Assembly (NCBI GenBank): GCA_937891895.1
Contig: CALATN010000218.1
Span: forward strand, 7,081-71,080
Source of the DNA: an uncultured Clostridia bacterium
GTDB taxonomy: Bacteria; Bacillota; Clostridia; Oscillospirales; Ruminococcaceae
DNA length: 64,000 nt
Direction of reading: 5' to 3'
Under the pieces are notes generated by a model. That model did not search any database and had not been told where the DNA came from. It saw only the letters and a program-made list of their open reading frames with translations. The first letter of the stretch is position 1, and the number at the start of each line of letters is the position of its first letter. Shown here one piece after another: positions 62,790 to 64,000 of the stretch. Both the position numbers and the translations under genes were made by a program.

Positions 62790-64000
62790 TTGGCGAAATT
62801 CACACAGTTCTCTCAGAAACAGCTTACGGTGCTGACGTGGTGGAGAACGGAAAGCTATAAGGATTGTGATGCCGTTATCTGCGACGGTGCCGTGCGAAGC
62901 GGCAAGACACTTTGTATGTCGCTTTCCTTTGCGGCATGGGCCATGGCGAATTTCAACGGCGGTACATTTGCAATCTGCGGCAAGACGGTTACTTCGCTGA
63001 AAAGAAACGTTATTACGCCGCTGCTGTCATCACTCAGGGGACTTGGTTTTCGCTGTACCGAAAAGGTAAGCGCAAGCTGCGCTGATATTTCGGCAGGCGG
63101 CAGGACCAACCGTTTCTACTTTTTCGGCGGCAAGGACGAAGGCTCTGCGGCACTTATCCAAGGCATCACACTCAGCGGTGTAATGCTTGACGAGGTGGTG
63201 CTTATGCCCCGTTCCTTCGTGGAACAGGCGCTGGCGAGATGTTCGGTAAGCGGCTCGAAAATCTGGTTCAGCTGTAATCCTTCATATCCGTATCACTGGT
63301 TCTACCGTGAATGGGTGCTCAAAGCAAAGGAGAAGAAAGCGCTGTATCTGCATTTCACAATGGACGACAATCCGTCACTTTCGGAGGAAGTCCGTGAAAG
63401 ATACAAGCGGCTTTATTCGGGCACGTTCTATGACAGGTTCGTGCTGGGAAAATGGGTTGCGGCAGAGGGTCTGGTGTATCCGATTTTTTCAGAGAAAAAG
63501 CACATTGCACGCAAGCTTCCCGAATGCTTTGAGAAGTACGTTGTTTCCTGCGATTACGGAACAGTCAATCCGTCCTCCTTCGGCCTTTGGGGAAGAAGTG
63601 GCGGGACGTGGTACAGAATTACCGAGTATTATTACAGTTCAAAACGGGAGGGTATGTCAAGAACTGACGAGGAACATTACGAGGGGCTATGCAAGCTCAT
63701 AGGCGACAGACGGGTTGAGGGAGTAATCGTTGACCCGTCAGCAGCATCTTTTATTGAATGTATCCGCCGTCACGGCAAATATCCCGTTACAAAGGCACAG
63801 AATGACGTGCTGTCAGGCATAAGACGCTGTTCCGACGCCCTGCGGGACGGAAAGCTTATGTTCAGTGAGGACTGCACGGACATTCTTCGGGAATTTTCCT
63901 TGTACCGCTGGGATGAAAGCCGCAGCGGTGATGTTCCCATCAAGGAAAATGACCACGCTATGGATGATATGAGGTATTTTGTGACAAGTCCGTTTTTCCG
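62790..64000 (+). CDS. phage terminase large subunit (PBSX-like family), 3' end outside window
   Basis: Not in the supplied ORF track because no stop occurs in the window. TTG 62790 follows GGAGG. Walker A CDGAVRSGKT, Walker B GVMLDEV, nuclease-domain motifs VSCDYGTVNPS and ENDHAMDDMRYF. Confidence 0.85.
   Translation, partial: MAKFTQFSQKQLTVLTWWRTESYKDCDAVICDGAVRSGKTLCMSLSFAAWAMANFNGGTFAICGKTVTSLKRNVITPLLSSLRGLGFRCTEKVSASCADISAGGRTNRFYFFGGKDEGSAALIQGITLSGVMLDEVVLMPRSFVEQALARCSVSGSKIWFSCNPSYPYHWFYREWVLKAKEKKALYLHFTMDDNPSLSEEVRERYKRLYSGTFYDRFVLGKWVAAEGLVYPIFSEKKHIARKLPECFEKYVVSCDYGTVNPSSFGLWGRSGGTWYRITEYYYSSKREGMSRTDEEHYEGLCKLIGDRRVEGVIVDPSAASFIECIRRHGKYPVTKAQNDVLSGIRRCSDALRDGKLMFSEDCTDILREFSLYRWDESRSGDVPIKENDHAMDDMRYFVTSPFF

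Larger units (their letters stand above)
62262..64000 (+). mobile_element. start of a phage-derived region (packaging module); extent beyond window unknown
   Basis: A terS-terL pair. Codon usage looks richer in NCG/CTG codons than in the adjacent highly biased chromosomal genes. Confidence 0.6.

Noticed and set aside
62855-63702. ORFs 62855-63109 (-) and 63307-63702 (+) from the supplied track
   Set aside because: Both lie in alternative frames inside the terminase large-subunit gene, whose frame (starting 62790) shows the Walker A/B and nuclease motifs and stays open to the end of the window.

Overview
Chromosomal segment of a mid-GC Firmicute of the class Clostridia. This is judged from gene content, AGGAGG-type RBSs and Bacillus/Clostridium-type fla/che synteny. 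A Ruminococcaceae/Oscillospiraceae-like gut or rumen organism is a low-confidence guess. Almost everything is on the + strand. In order: (1) the 3' end of thrS; (2) a strongly signalled, sortase-type anchored surface protein of unknown function; (3) an 11.5-kb, eight-gene carbohydrate-ABC-like locus: a 975-aa CBM-like/solute-binding fusion, two permease pairs, an NHL/TPR propeller protein, a Yip1-like membrane protein and a DUF5696-like secreted protein, with no ATPase gene; (4) thyA-folA; (5) a CobB-type sirtuin, a lipoprotein and nadC; (6) a 974-aa double-ATPase CoA-activase-like protein; (7) a small membrane protein and a YjbR-HAD fusion; (8) an arginine cluster argJ-argB-argD-argF interleaved with four unrelated membrane/hydrolase genes; (9) a DUF975-like membrane protein; (10) a 26-kb flagellar/chemotaxis superoperon of 30 genes, flgB through cheD; (11) on the - strand, an XRE-family regulator and glycogen phosphorylase; (12) a promoter/structured-RNA/terminator unit followed by phage terminase small and large subunits that run off the window. 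I saw no rRNA, tRNA, CRISPR array, transposase or integrase. The best candidates for something undescribed are three. First, the ATPase-less ABC locus with three embedded non-transporter envelope proteins. Second, a family of GC-rich hairpins packed head-to-tail in intergenic spacers; these share cores in both orientations with compensatory changes (REP/BIME-like) and bracket flgE. Third, a roughly 320-nt promoter-to-terminator structured RNA directly in front of a terminase module that lacks any lysogeny or replication genes upstream. All calls come from reading translations and motifs by eye. No database search, folding program or statistics were run, and several start codons are judgement calls.
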